Assembly (NCBI RefSeq): GCF_963921235.1
Contig: NC_086097.1
Span: forward strand, 159,032,001-159,096,000
Origin: Mobula hypostoma
Taxonomy: Eukaryota
Length of the DNA: 64,000 nt
Direction: 5' to 3'
Shown: positions 48,100 to 60,039 of the stretch, piece by piece
How the letters are laid out: every line of letters starts with the position of its first letter
Numbering within the stretch: position 1 is the stretch's first letter
Program-made: the position numbers and the translations under genes
Notes under the pieces: model-generated
Databases searched by the model: none
What the model saw: the letters and a program-made list of their open reading frames with translations, nothing else
Told to the model about the DNA's origin: nothing

Positions 48100-48710
48100 G
48101 ATGTATAATAAATTTGGGCTCAACATATTGATGCAATCACAAAGAAGGTATGCCAGAGGGTATACTTCAATAGGAGTTTCAGAAGATATGCTACGTCACT
48201 AAAGACTGAGTCAAATTTTTGCGTTTTTACCATAGAGAGCATTCTAACTGGTTGCATCATAGTCTGGTATGGAGGGGCCACTGCACTGGATTGAAACAAG
48301 CTGCAGTGTTGTAGACTCAGCCAGTGAAATCATGGGCACTAGATAACCAACCATCAAGGACATCTTCAAAGGCAATGCCTCAAGAAGGCAGCATCCATCA
48401 TTAAGGATTCTTATCCAGGACGTGCCTTCTTCTCATTGCAGCCACCAAAGAGGAGATAAGGAGCTGGAAGATACACGGTTAACATTTTAAGAGCAGTTTC
48501 TTCCCCTCTGCCATTGGATTTCTGAATGGTCCATGAACATATGAGCACAACCTCATTATTTTGCTTTCTTTTTGTACTATTTATTTATTATTATATTTCC
48601 TATTGTAATCTATAATATTTTTTACATATTGCACGGTACTGCTGCACCATAATGACAAATTTTACCACATACTGTATGACATTGATAATAAACCTGATAC
48701 TGATTCTGAA
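48100..48710 (+). mobile_element. Decayed Rex1/Babar-like LINE 3' portion
   Basis: ACCATAGAGAGCATTCTAACTGGTTGCATC…; (TGATTC)n-like tail. Confidence 0.7.
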
Positions 48711-49133
48711 TTTGTTCAGAAGTTAGGGGTTAAAATTGACCTCTCATTTCTCTCTGAGTTGACTCCCAATACCTTATATTCATTTACGTGCTAAGGTAAT
48801 GCAGAACATGGCAGTAACACTCTGTGAAGATGGACTGAGTCCATATGTTTGCTTGTCGAGGTTAGATTGAAAGACTTAGTAAGGAGCGTTCTCCTGGGTT
48901 CAGCTTTAAATCAGTCACTGCAGGGGCTGAAAGTACTGCGGAAGAATCTGCTTTATTCTGTGTGAGGTAATGCTAACATGTGATCTTATGTGAGAGAGGC
49001 TACAGGCCCTATTCCTGGTATGGACAGATGCAAGTGCTTGAACCTGCACACTTACTGCACAAAGTCAGTTGTAACCACTCTCATTATTAGTAGTATTTTT
49101 AATGCTCTAAATTCATATAACTTTGCTAACATT

Positions 49134-49687
49134 TTAGATTAGATTAGATTATGAGGACACTTAGTCCTTTTTTATTGTCATTTAGAAATGCATGCATTAA
49201 AAAATGATACAACGTTCCTCCAGAATGATATCACAAGAAAACACAGGACAAACCAAGACTAAAACTGACAAAGCCACATAATTATAACATGTAGTTACAA
49301 CAGTGCAAAGCAATACCATAATTTGATATAGAGCAGACCATGGGCACGGTAAAAAAAGTCTCAAAGTCCCGATAGCCTCATTATCTCGCACAGGCGGCAG
49401 AAGGGAGAAATTCTCCCTGCCATGAACCTCCAAGCGCCGCAAACTTGCTGATGCAGCACCATTAGAAGCACCCGACCGCAGCGGACTCTGAGTCAGTCCG
49501 AAAACTTCGAGCATCCGACCAGCCCCTCCGACACAGCCTCTCTGAGCACCATCCTCTGCTGAGCGCTTCGACCCCGCCCCGGCCACCACCGGGCAACAAG
49601 CAAAGCCAAGGACTTGGGGCCTTCCCCTCCGGAGATCCTGGACCACACAGTATCAACAGCAGCGAAGCAGGCATTTCAGAACTTTCA
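49134..49687 (-). mobile_element. Same non-autonomous family, 5'-truncated, minus strand
   Basis: (TAGAT)n tail; body homologous to the reverse complement of 44163-44680. Confidence 0.85.
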
Positions 49688-49939
49688 TTTTGCTGTTTGA
49701 CTTTAAGATCAGTTAACTTGTATACTTCGGTCAATATGGTTAACATGTAAATCAGTTGATTTAAATTAATGACTTATCATGTTTATTTGATATCATAGAA
49801 ACTAATTAGTTAGCTATTCATCGGATGCTGATATAGAGTCATTTTGCAACATACCGAGGTTTATCCCTGTATAATCAAGCATTGGCTAGAATAGTTTACT
49901 ATGGACTTTGATACATCCATTCCCCAGCAAGAAGCTCTT

Positions 49940-50930
49940 AAAGTTTAAAGTTCTTTCTGCAATAAAGATCCAAGCAGTTGTACTTCACCTAAACTCCCAT
50001 TCCCCTATCAGAACGTGTTCACATGAAAAAAGTCCATCACTTCTGACAAAAAAAAGCTTTTGCCATGGGCTCTAACTACGTCTGTCTTTTCGTTGGTTGT
50101 GCAGGACAGTCCTTGTTCCATTTTTTCGATGATACCACAGCCCAACTCTTTCTCTGATTCATCAATGATTGCACTGGTGCTGCTTACTACACTAGTGCAG
50201 AACTCGCCAATTTTATCATCTTTGTAAGTAAGTTCCACCCCGCTCTCAGGTTCACTTAGACCATTCTGACACTTCTCTCTCTTTTCTGGATGTCTGTGCT
50301 TCCATCTCAGGAGACAAGCAATCCACTGGTATTTACCATAAATCCACAAACTGCATGGCTAACTAGGCTACACCTCTTCCCACACTTTTTTTTGAAAGAA
50401 TTTCCATCCCTTTCTCTTAGTTTTTTCATCTAGAACGCAGTTGCTCTCAAGAAGAGGATTTCCACTCCGTGACAGCTGAAATGTCCTCCTTTGTTAGGAA
50501 CTGTGGCTTTTTTGCTACTGTGGTTGATGGAGACTTCTCTTGTAACTCCTCCATTTCTCGTGCTTCTGCTCTCAGCCCACCTCTCTGCAACCAGAATGGA
50601 AATATGGTCTCCCTTGTCCTCACTTTTCACCCAACTGCCCTCGTATCCCACATATTATTATATATCATTTCCACCAGCTGTAAAGGTATCCACTAACCAC
50701 ATCTTCCTGATCGTTTATCACCTTCCACAGGAACCATTCCCTCCATGACTCCCTGGTCCACATCCCTCCTCATCTATCCCTCCCAGATGCTTCGCACTTC
50801 CTCTGGTGGTGCTATATTTATTCCTACATCCCTTCACTCGCCCTTCATCCAGGGACCTAAGAACCTTTCTAGATGAGGTAAGGATTCAATTACATCTTCT
50901 CTAATCTCATCTGCTGCGTTTGGTTAATAG
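49940..50930 (+). pseudogene. Decayed Penelope-like (Neptune-type) RT/linker fragment
   Basis: Colinear similarity to PLE ~7060-8130 (gccatgggc…tgtcttttcgttgg; gattgcactggtgctgct; tatccactggtatttaccataaatccac; catccagggacctaag) with many stops and indels. Confidence 0.75.
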
Positions 50931-51224
50931 GCTAGAATGGAAAATGGACAGGAACTTGCTGGGAAGTGCAGGTAGCCATGTCTAATTGTTGGAGTTAGTC
51001 CATTCTAAGTGTCCAGCAGCATCATGTCTGCTGGCAGTTTTTCTGAATTCGCCACCAGTTATGTTGCCCATTGAACCTGAAGCAGGAATATTGAACACAT
51101 TCACTTGGTAAGTGAGGAGCTGCTAGAAAACAGAAAAGTAAGAATAAAATTATTTACATTTGCTTCAATGTAGTCAGTTTTTATGTGCTTTTCTTAAGAA
51201 TAATAATTTCTGAAGTATGATAGT

Positions 51225-51366
51225 GGATCAGGACTGATGAAGGGTATTGGTCCAAAACAACAATTGTTTATTCCTTTCCATCGATGCTGCTTGACCTGAT
51301 GAGTTCCTCCAGCCTTTTGTGTGTGCTCCTCTGGATTTCCAGCATCTGCAGAATCTCTTGTGTTTA
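51225..51366 (+). mobile_element. Older PLE pLTR/HHR relic
   Basis: CTGATGAAGGGTATTGGTCCAAAAC…GATGCTGCTTGACCTG…TTTCCAGCATCTGCAGAATCTCTTGTGTTT. Confidence 0.65.
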
Positions 51367-54300
51367 ATACTATAAGACTGTAAGACATGAGAGCAGAATT
51401 GGGCCATTTAGCCCATTGGGTCTGCTGTGCCATTTCATCATGGCTGATCCATTTCCCTTTCAACCCCATTCTCCTGCCTTTTCCCCCACAACTTTTCATG
51501 CCCTGAATAACCAAGTGACCCACAACTTCTCATGCTCTGAATAATCTCTCAAGTGACCTGGCTTCCATAGCTGCCGGTGGCAATGAATTCAGCAGAATCA
51601 CCACTCACTAGCTAAAGATATTCCTCCTCATCTCTGTTCTGAATAGATGCCCCTCCATTTTGAGTCTGGTCCTAGACTCCCCCACCAAATGAAACATCCT
51701 CTTCACATCCGCTCTGTCTAGGCCTTTCAATATTCAATAGATTTCATTGAGAATCCACCCCCCCCGCCTCCATTTTTCTAAATTCCAGCAAGTATAGGTC
51801 CAGTGCCTTCAATCGCTGCTCGTATGTTAACCCTTTCAGCCCTGGAATCATTGTGAACCTCCTCTAAACCCTCTACAATGTCAGCACATCCTCTCTTAAA
51901 GAAGGGGCCCAAGTGATGACTCACCAGTGGCTTATACAGCCGTGCCATTATATGAGGTTGTAGAATGTTCTGTTTGTTTTGTTTATGTGGAATGAAGTGT
52001 TAAATTTGCAAAGAAAGTGCAACTCAGGTAGACAAATAAAGTGCAAAGGCCATGGTGAGATAAATTGGAAGATCAAGAGTTCCTTTTTTGGTGCGTGAGA
52101 CATCTATTCAAGAGTCTGAAAGCAGTGGGTTAGAAACTGTCCTTAAGCCTGCTGGGTATGTAACCTCAAGATTTTGCATTTCTGCTCAATAGGAGAGCGA
52201 AGAAGAGAGAATGACTGGGGTGGGAGGGGTAATTGATTAGCATTTCCAGAGCCATTGGAGGAGAGGCTGGTTTGTGTGATGGACAGTGCGTATTCTCAAT
52301 TCTCTACAATGTCTTGTGGTTTTGGATAGAGTAGGTGACAAACCAAGCTGTGATGTATCTGGACAGGATGCTTTCTATGGTGCTCGGAGTTTCAAGCTGT
52401 TTTAAAGATGAGGCTAGTTCTGCCCAAGCCATGACATGGAATTACATTGTACATTGTCCTGCTAACAAAAAGGGCCTCATTGGTGAGATGATGGTGGGAG
52501 AACAAGAACATGTAAAGCCCTGTATTTCTTTCACAAACAACAGTGAGTTTTAGTAGCTGGCTGCTAGCATCAAATTCTGGGCTAACAATTTTTGTGTCCT
52601 AGTTTTTAGTTGAACTTGAACCCCCATTATTAGCTAATCAATGGATAGCAGTAGGAGATGTAAATAATATAATGGAAGTTTTATTTGAAGTCTGTGTTTA
52701 GATAGTGTTCAAATTTACCTGAACTCAAACTTGGGATACTGATTGCCTGCTGACAGTGAGCAACTTAGGGAAGTGTGCCTGCAAAATCTGGCAGGATCAA
52801 TTCACAGGGATTCCTGGCATGCACACTTCAAAACCTATGCCTGCATCTTGTGCATTCCAAATGCTTCAATGTAATGAACTCTATTGGCAGTGAAGAAATA
52901 AGCAGAGCAATTTCCAACTCAGCCAGGCTAAGAGCAAGTGAACAGAGTGGAAACATGGTCTCAGCAATATGGAGACTGACAGAGGGTTAGAAAGACAGGA
53001 GTCCAAGTGGGGTAGAAAAATAAAGGAAAGAGTCCATTGTGTTAGTTAGAAAAGCTCTGATCAAAGCGAAGGACATGAAGGACAAGTGAAAACAATAGAA
53101 GAACAGCTTGAAATCAATTGAGGGAATTGTACTGACATCTTTGCTGAGCACTGATCATATAGAATAAAAAGGAGAAAGCCCAGACAAAATAATAATGAGT
53201 TTGGTGAAAGATCATCGACCTGAAATGTTCATTCTATTTCTGTCTTCACAGATAACCTCCTAAGCATTTCATGCATTTTCTGTTTTTAATTTCTGTTTTC
53301 CAACATGCACAGTATTCACAACTTTCATGACCAAAATGCATAATTATTGACTGAGGTGCTCTCTCTTTTCTCAGATGTTTTGTTGCTTCAGTATATAAAA
53401 ACAGCGTTGAAAGCACAGATGGCGTTAACCTTTATCAAAATTTAATTTCATCCACACGTTATTGAATCAAGTAAGAAAAGAAATTTGTTTGCTAAAGATT
53501 TCATCAGCATTTTTATTACTTCAAAATGTAAATATGGCATAACTGGGATCAAAACTGAATCGCAATAAATACAATTTCACAGACTGCCTTGAGGCATTGT
53601 TGACTCAGTGATACAGTCTCTGGAAGTTAAACAGCCGGGAGTCTCCTTGTTTTAAGATTGCAAAAAGTGCCATGGTTTCATTTTCATTTACCAGCGGTGA
53701 GTTGAGTGACAGATGGCCATGCTGACAGCTCGGGCTCAAGGGCTCGCTCCTTTAGCCCAGACCAAGAAACCTGCGCCGCTTCTTATTAGTTACGTGGTTT
53801 ACACAGCAGGGCAGTCAAAGGTGGGATTTTCCACGCGAATGTGATCCAGAACCGCTGTGCTTGTATCCGCCCTATAAATTGCTCTCTATGTACCAGACAG
53901 CATTCATTAGACATCAGTTTTCAAGGCATCCATCTGCTGTACGGAGAGCTGCAGACTTAGTTAGTAATGATCACAGAGAACCCATGATGATGAGCAGCAG
54001 TGCATGCAAAACCATGCATTTGACATCAAATTAAATAATTCATGATTGCCTGAAGCCTCGCCATTTTCTTTTGTTTACGACCGCTTTAAAGGAGCATTTT
54101 ATTTTATTATCTCGGATGACCTGTTTCTCTAAATAGGAGGTTAAGTGTCACCAAGTCTTTTCACGGTATAGCCTGAAACAAATTCCAGCGTTTAAATGAT
54201 GCCTGCAGAATACTACATTCCAAACCATTAATTCACAAAGGTTCAAGCCTAATGCTGGGATTGTTCAACATGACTTAATCTCCGAGAGGCAATGGTGGTC

Positions 54301-54824
54301 AATCTTGTGTGACTGCGTGAGGTAGCAGGGTCTGTTCTCTACAAGTAATGAAGACTAGTGGTAGGGTATGATGGAATTTAGTCAGTATAGTATAGATACA
54401 GCTTGAGTAGTGTTTTCAGAGTTGTAATGGTTTAAAGAGGATGCAAACATACTGTCTAGAAAAATTGGACAGGAACAAGCTCTCCAACTTTCAGGAAGAC
54501 TTAGGTGAGCAATTGATGTCGTGTTGTCAGAGCCCAGAGCTAGGAATTAGTTCATAAAATAACTTTGAGTTAGGTAGAAGCCAGAACTAATATTAGTGCC
54601 CTTGAAGCTAGCAAATTGACTTTTTTAAAAAACTGTAGAAGGTTGAAATTTGAAACTGAAACTGAAAATACTGGAAAAGCTCAACAAGTCAGGCAGCATC
54701 TGTGAATAGAGGAACAGAATTAATATTCTAGCTTGAAGTCCTTCGACAGAACTGAGGAAGTGAAAAAAACAGATTTGTTTTAAGTTATAAAGATAATATG
54801 AAGACTGACAGTTAGACTGCTAAA

Positions 54825-55070
54825 TAGCTGCTCTACCTGACTCTGCTTTGGACACTTTTAACTTGCACTGGACACTTATAACTTGATTTTAACTGACATG
54901 TGGCTGTTGTGTTTTTCTATTTATTGTTATGTTTATTATTTAGTGTTGCGTTTGTTATGTTATGATTGCACTGCTCCTGAGAAACGCTGTCTCATTCTGC
55001 CCTGCAGAGCTGATGTACGGTTAGAATGACAATAAAGTATTTTTAAAAATTTTTTTGAATCTTTGAATGA
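54825..55070 (+). mobile_element. Rex1/Babar-like LINE 3' UTR tail
   Basis: …GAAACGCTGTCTCATT…AATGACAATAAAG…TTGAATC tail. Confidence 0.55.
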
Positions 55071-55139
55071 AACATTAACTCTCCCACTCTTTCTGATTAG
55101 TGCTAGCATGTTCTGTTGTTATTTTTTATTTGGATTGTC

Positions 55140-55645
55140 TTACAGAGTCATGGAGTAGTTCAGCCCAGAAAGAGGATCTATGGCTCCTCTGGTCCATGCT
55201 GAGACCATTTAGACTGCCTACTGCCTACTCCCATTGACCTGTATCAGGACCATAGCTCTCCGTACCCCTTCTATCCATGTACCAAACTTCTCTTGAATGT
55301 TGAAATGGAGCTCAAATGCATCACTAGTGCTGGCAACTCATTCCACACTCTCATAACCTTCTGAGTGAAGAAGTTTCCCCTCATATTCCTCTTACACTTC
55401 TCACCTTTCACCCTTAACTCATGACATCTGATTGTAGGCCCACCCAACTTCTGTAGGAAAAAAAGCCTGCTTGCATTTACCTTATCTATACTCCTCACAA
55501 TTTTCTATACCTCTATCAAATCTCCTCTCAATCTTCTACATTCTAAAGAATACAGTCCGAACCTATCCAATCTTTTCTTATAACTCAGGTCCTCCAGACC
55601 CAGCAACACCCTTGAAAATTTTCTCTGTACTCTTTCAAACTCACC
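55140..55645 (-). mobile_element. CR1-like LINE 3' fragment
   Basis: ERVQRKFSR…GLYSLECRRLRGDLIEV; RGNFFTQKVMRVWNELP. Confidence 0.8.
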
Positions 55646-56718
55646 TGGATCATGAACGGGAAGTAATCTGGCCCACCATGAAATGGCCTTCAGGTGACTC
55701 AAAAATCACAATGCCCTCCAAGAAATCATCCATTTCAAAGGACAATTCCAGAAGAGCAATAAATGTTGTCTTGTCAGTGATGCCCACACCCTTTGAAAAT
55801 TTGTTACCTACAGCTAGAAGATTGCACACAGAAGTCAAAGGACATGTTTCCAGCTAATAGGCCTTGTCACCTGTTCCTATTTTTAGGTTTCATTTGGCAG
55901 CTTCAATATAGAGACAAAGCAGGCTGCCATTCAGAATGTACAAGATAGATTTATCCCCAAGACATGGTTGACAAGGGAAGGCAAAAACAGCAGAAAAGCA
56001 AAAGAAAGGGCATATAATATTGCAAAAATTAGTAGCAAGTTAGAAGTTTTAAAAAACCAAAAGAAAACAACTAAAAAAGCAATAAGGAGAGAAAAGATAA
56101 AATATGAAGGTAAGCTAGCCAATAATATGGAAGAGTTTGTTCACACACTCTGTATATGAAAAGTAAAAGAGAGGCGAGAGAGAATATCAGGTGGCTGGAT
56201 AAGTACTCTGGGGAGGTAATAATGGGGGACAAAGAAATGTTGGACGAACTTATTATGTGTTTGTGTCAGTTTTCACGATGGAAGACACCAGAACAATGCC
56301 AGAAGTTCAAGAGGATTGGGGGCAAAAGTGAGTGTAGTTGCTATTACTAAGGAGAAGGTGCTTGGGACTCTGGCTGTAGATAAGTGACCTGGACCCAGAT
56401 GGACTATGTCCCTGGGTTCAGAAAGAAATAGCTGTGCAGGCATTAGTAGTGATCACCCAAGAATCACTAGACTCTGGAATGGTGGTGCAGGCTGGAAAAT
56501 TGCAAGTGTCACTCCACTCTTTAAGAAGGAAGGAAGGAAGGCAAAAGACTGGAAATTATAGGCCAGTTCACCTGACTTCAATAGTTGATAAGATGTTGAA
56601 GTCCATTACTGAGTATGAGGTTCTGGAGTATTTGAAGGCACATGATAAAACAAAAATCAAAAGTATGCAAGACTTTCTTAAGGGGAAATATTGCCTGATA
56701 AACCTGTTGTAATTCTTT

Positions 56719-57099
56719 CATGCCCCCATGTCGGCTACCCCGCAGAGTGTTAAACGGCCAGCTACATCATGGTTGACGCTCAGCTGGAGGGCCCAAGAAG
56801 TGCTATAAGGATCAGGTGAAGAATATTTTAAGGAAGTGCAAGATTAGACCCGAGGACCTGGAGGATGTTGCTACTGACCGTACCACTTGGCAACAGCTGT
56901 GTAGGGACAGGGTTCGTATTCTGGAGATGGAAAGAACAAGCAGAAGAGAGCCAGGAGAAATGCAGCCATGGTTGCCATCACTTCCACATCTGCAATAGAG
57001 CTTGTGGGTCCAGGATAGGACTGTATAGTCATCAAAGATCTCACCATTAAAGGAGGTGGATGTCATCATTGGATTTTGATGGACAACTGAAGAAGAAGA
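56719..57099 (+). mobile_element. RTE-clade LINE 3' fragment
   Basis: GGPKKCYKDQVKNILRKC…DRTTWQ, C-terminal HICNRACGSRIGLYSHQRSH zinc finger, and a (GAA)n tail. Confidence 0.75.
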
Positions 57100-57569
57100 G
57101 GAAATATCAGGCAATATACACAAAGGAGAAGAAAAGGAAGTTTTGGTCTTGGATTTTCAGAAGGGTTCTGACAAGCTGCTGCACATGAGGCTGCTAAACA
57201 AGGTAAGAGCCCATGGTATTGTAGGAAAGATACCAGAATGGATGGATAGAAGGTTGGCTGACTGCAAGGAGGCAAAGAGTGGGACCAAAGGGGGCTTTTT
57301 CTGGTTGTCTGCTGGTGACAAGTGTTGCTCCACAGGTGTCGGTGTTGGGACCACATCTGTTCACATTATTCAGTATGCCAGTGATTTGGATGTCAAAGTT
57401 GATGGCTTTGTGGCCAAGCTTGAGGATGATACAGTATTAAGACAGGAGACAGAAAGTGTTGAAGAGGCAGGAAGTCTGCAGAAGGACTTAGACAGATGAG
57501 GAGAACGGGCAAAGAAGTGGAAGATGGAATATAGTTAAGGAAGTGTATGGTCATGCACTTCAGCAAAAG

Positions 57570-58016
57570 CAGTGGTGTAGTGCTAGCCAGAGCGTGTCCG
57601 GCACATCTTTAAGAAAAAAAGCCGAAATAAACAAGCTAATTAATTAGGTGCCACCCAGTGTGGTTTGAGTATCTCAGGAACTGCTGATCTCCTGGTTTTT
57701 TTATACACAACAGACTCTGGAGTTTACAAAGAATGGTGCCAAAAACAAAAAAAACATCCAGCGAGTGGCTGTTCTGTGAGCAAAAACATCTTGTTAAATC
57801 CACTCGCTGGATGTTTTTTTTTTGTTTTTGGCACCATTCTTTGTAATCTCCAGAGTCTGTTGTGTGTAAAAATCCCAGGAGACCAGCAGTTTCTGAGATA
57901 CACCCTGGGTGTATCACCCTGGGTGGCACCTACTTAATTAGCTTGTTTATTTCGGCTTTTTTCTTAGAGATGTGCCGGACACACTCCGGTGTGCTCCGGC
58001 TAGCACTGCACCACTG
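57570..58016. mobile_element. Palindromic hAT-type MITE with 8-bp TSD
   Basis: CAGTGGTGTAGTGCTAGCC / GGCTAGCACTGCACCACTG; AGCAAAA(G/T) on both sides; the whole element folds back on itself. Confidence 0.8.
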
Positions 58017-58242
58017 AGCAAAATGCATAAAGGCATTGACTATTTCCTAAATAGGGAGGGAGCAAATTCAGAAATCAGTAGTGCAAAGGGAGTTGGGAGT
58101 CCTTGTCCAGGATTTGCTAAAGGTTAACTTGCAGGTTGAGCCAGTGGTAAGGAAGGTAAATGCAATATCAGCATTAAGTTCGTGAGTACTAGAATATAAA
58201 AACAAGGATGTAATGCTGAGTTTCAATAAGGCATTGGTTATA

Positions 58243-58395
58243 CAGGTCGACCTTCACTAATCTGGCACCATTGGGACCTGAGGAGTGCCGGATTAGTTAA
58301 AATGCCGTATTACAGAAGGATCACATTAAGCATAATCAGTGCCGGATTATCGAAGGAACCGGATAACAGGTAGTCAGATTAGTGAAGGTCGACTG
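58243..58395. mobile_element. Small Tc1/mariner-superfamily (Tigger-like) MITE
   Basis: TA|CAGGTCGACCTTCACTAATCTG…CAGATTAGTGAAGGTCGACTG|TA. Confidence 0.8.
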
Positions 58396-58789
58396 TACCA
58401 CACTTGAAATATGTTGAGCAGTTTTCAGCACCTTATCTAAGAAAAGATTTCTCGGCATTGGAGGGGGTCAAGAGGGTTCAGGAAAATGATCCTAAAATGA
58501 AAGGGTTAATGTAATTAGTGTTTGATGGCTCTGGGCGTTTATGTGCTGGTGTTTAGAAGAATGAGGGGGCTGTCTTGAAACCTACCAAATATTGAAAGGC
58601 CAACATAGAGTGGACATGGAGACAAGGTTTCCAATAGTGGAAGAGTCAAGAACCAGAGGGTACAGCCTGGAAGAAAATGACTTCCCTTTACAATAGAGAT
58701 GAAAAGGAATTTCTTTAGCCAGAAGGTGGTAAATCTGTGGAATTCATTGCCACAGACAGCTGTGGAAGTCATGTCATTGGATATATTTA

Positions 58790-60039
58790 CAGTGCCTAAA
58801 AAAAATTCAGTATTCTGGCAAAAGCTACACTATGAAGACAAAAGAACACTCCTGGCAAATCTGCAGAAAGGTTATTAAAAGGCACAAATCAGGAGATAGA
58901 TATTAGAAAATTTCCAAGTCACTGAATATACTTGGAGTACAGTTAAGTCAATCATCAAGAAATGGAAGGAATATGGCACAGCTGTAAATCTGCCTAGAGC
59001 AGGCCGTCCTCAAAAACTGAGTGAGCATGCAAGAAGGGGACTAGTGAGGGACCTATGACAACTCTTGAGGAGTTACAAGCTTCAGTGGCTGAGATGAGAG
59101 AGACTGTGCATAGAACAACTGTTGCCCGGATACTTCACCAGTTGCAACTTTATGGGAGAGTGGCAAAGAGAAAGTTACTGTTAAAAAAAACTCACATGAA
59201 ATACCAGCTACAGTTTGCCAGAAGGCATGTGGGAGACTCTGAAGTCAGCTGGAAGAAGATTCCATGGTTTGATGAAACCAAAACTGAGCTTTTTGGCCAT
59301 CAGACAAAACGTTATGTTTGGCATAAGCCAAACACTGCACATCATCAAAAACACACCATCCCTACTGTAAAACATGGTGGTGATTGCAGCATGCTGTGGG
59401 GATGCTTCACTGTAGCCGACCCTGGAAGGCTTGTGAATGTATAGGATAAAATGAATGCAAAATACAGGGAAGTCCTGGAGAAAAACTTGATGGCGTTTTC
59501 AAGAGAACTGTGACTTGAGAGAAGATTTGTTTTCCATCAAGACAATGATATCAAGCATAAAGCCAAAGTTACACAGGAATGGCTTAAAAACAGCAAAGTT
59601 AATGTCCTGGAGTGGCCAAGTCAGTTCAATTGAGAATTTGTAGCTGGATTTGAAAAGGGATGTTCACTCATGATCTCCATGCAATCTGACAGGGCTTGAG
59701 CTGTTTTGTTAAGAAGAATGGAAAAAAATTGCAGTGTCCAGGTGTGCAAAGCTGATAGAGACCTATCCACACAGACTCAAGGTTATAATTGCTGCCAAAG
59801 GTGCATTTACTAAATACTGATGTGAAGGGGTGAATACGTAAGCAATCAATTATTTTTACATGGTATCTTTGTAATTAGTTTCGATCACTTGGTAGAGATC
59901 TTTACTTCGACATGAAAGTATCTTTTCCTGTTGATCAGTGTCAAGAAAAGTCAAATTAACTCCTTTGTGATTCAATGTTGTAAAACAATAAAAATGAATA
60001 CTTCCTGAGGGGGCAGGCAAATACTTTTTATAGGCACTG
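58790..60039 (+). mobile_element. Tc1-like transposon with decayed transposase (~58832-59820), TA TSD
   Basis: TA|CAGTGCCTA…TAGGCACTG|TA; MKTKEH…, WFDETKTELFG, PTVKHGG, FHQDND, EWPSQ, TKY*. Confidence 0.9.

Noticed and set aside
53880..53955. miRNA hairpin or REST/RE1 site
   Set aside because: Pairing is short and interrupted, no known mature miRNA was recognised, and only the right half of RE1 matches.
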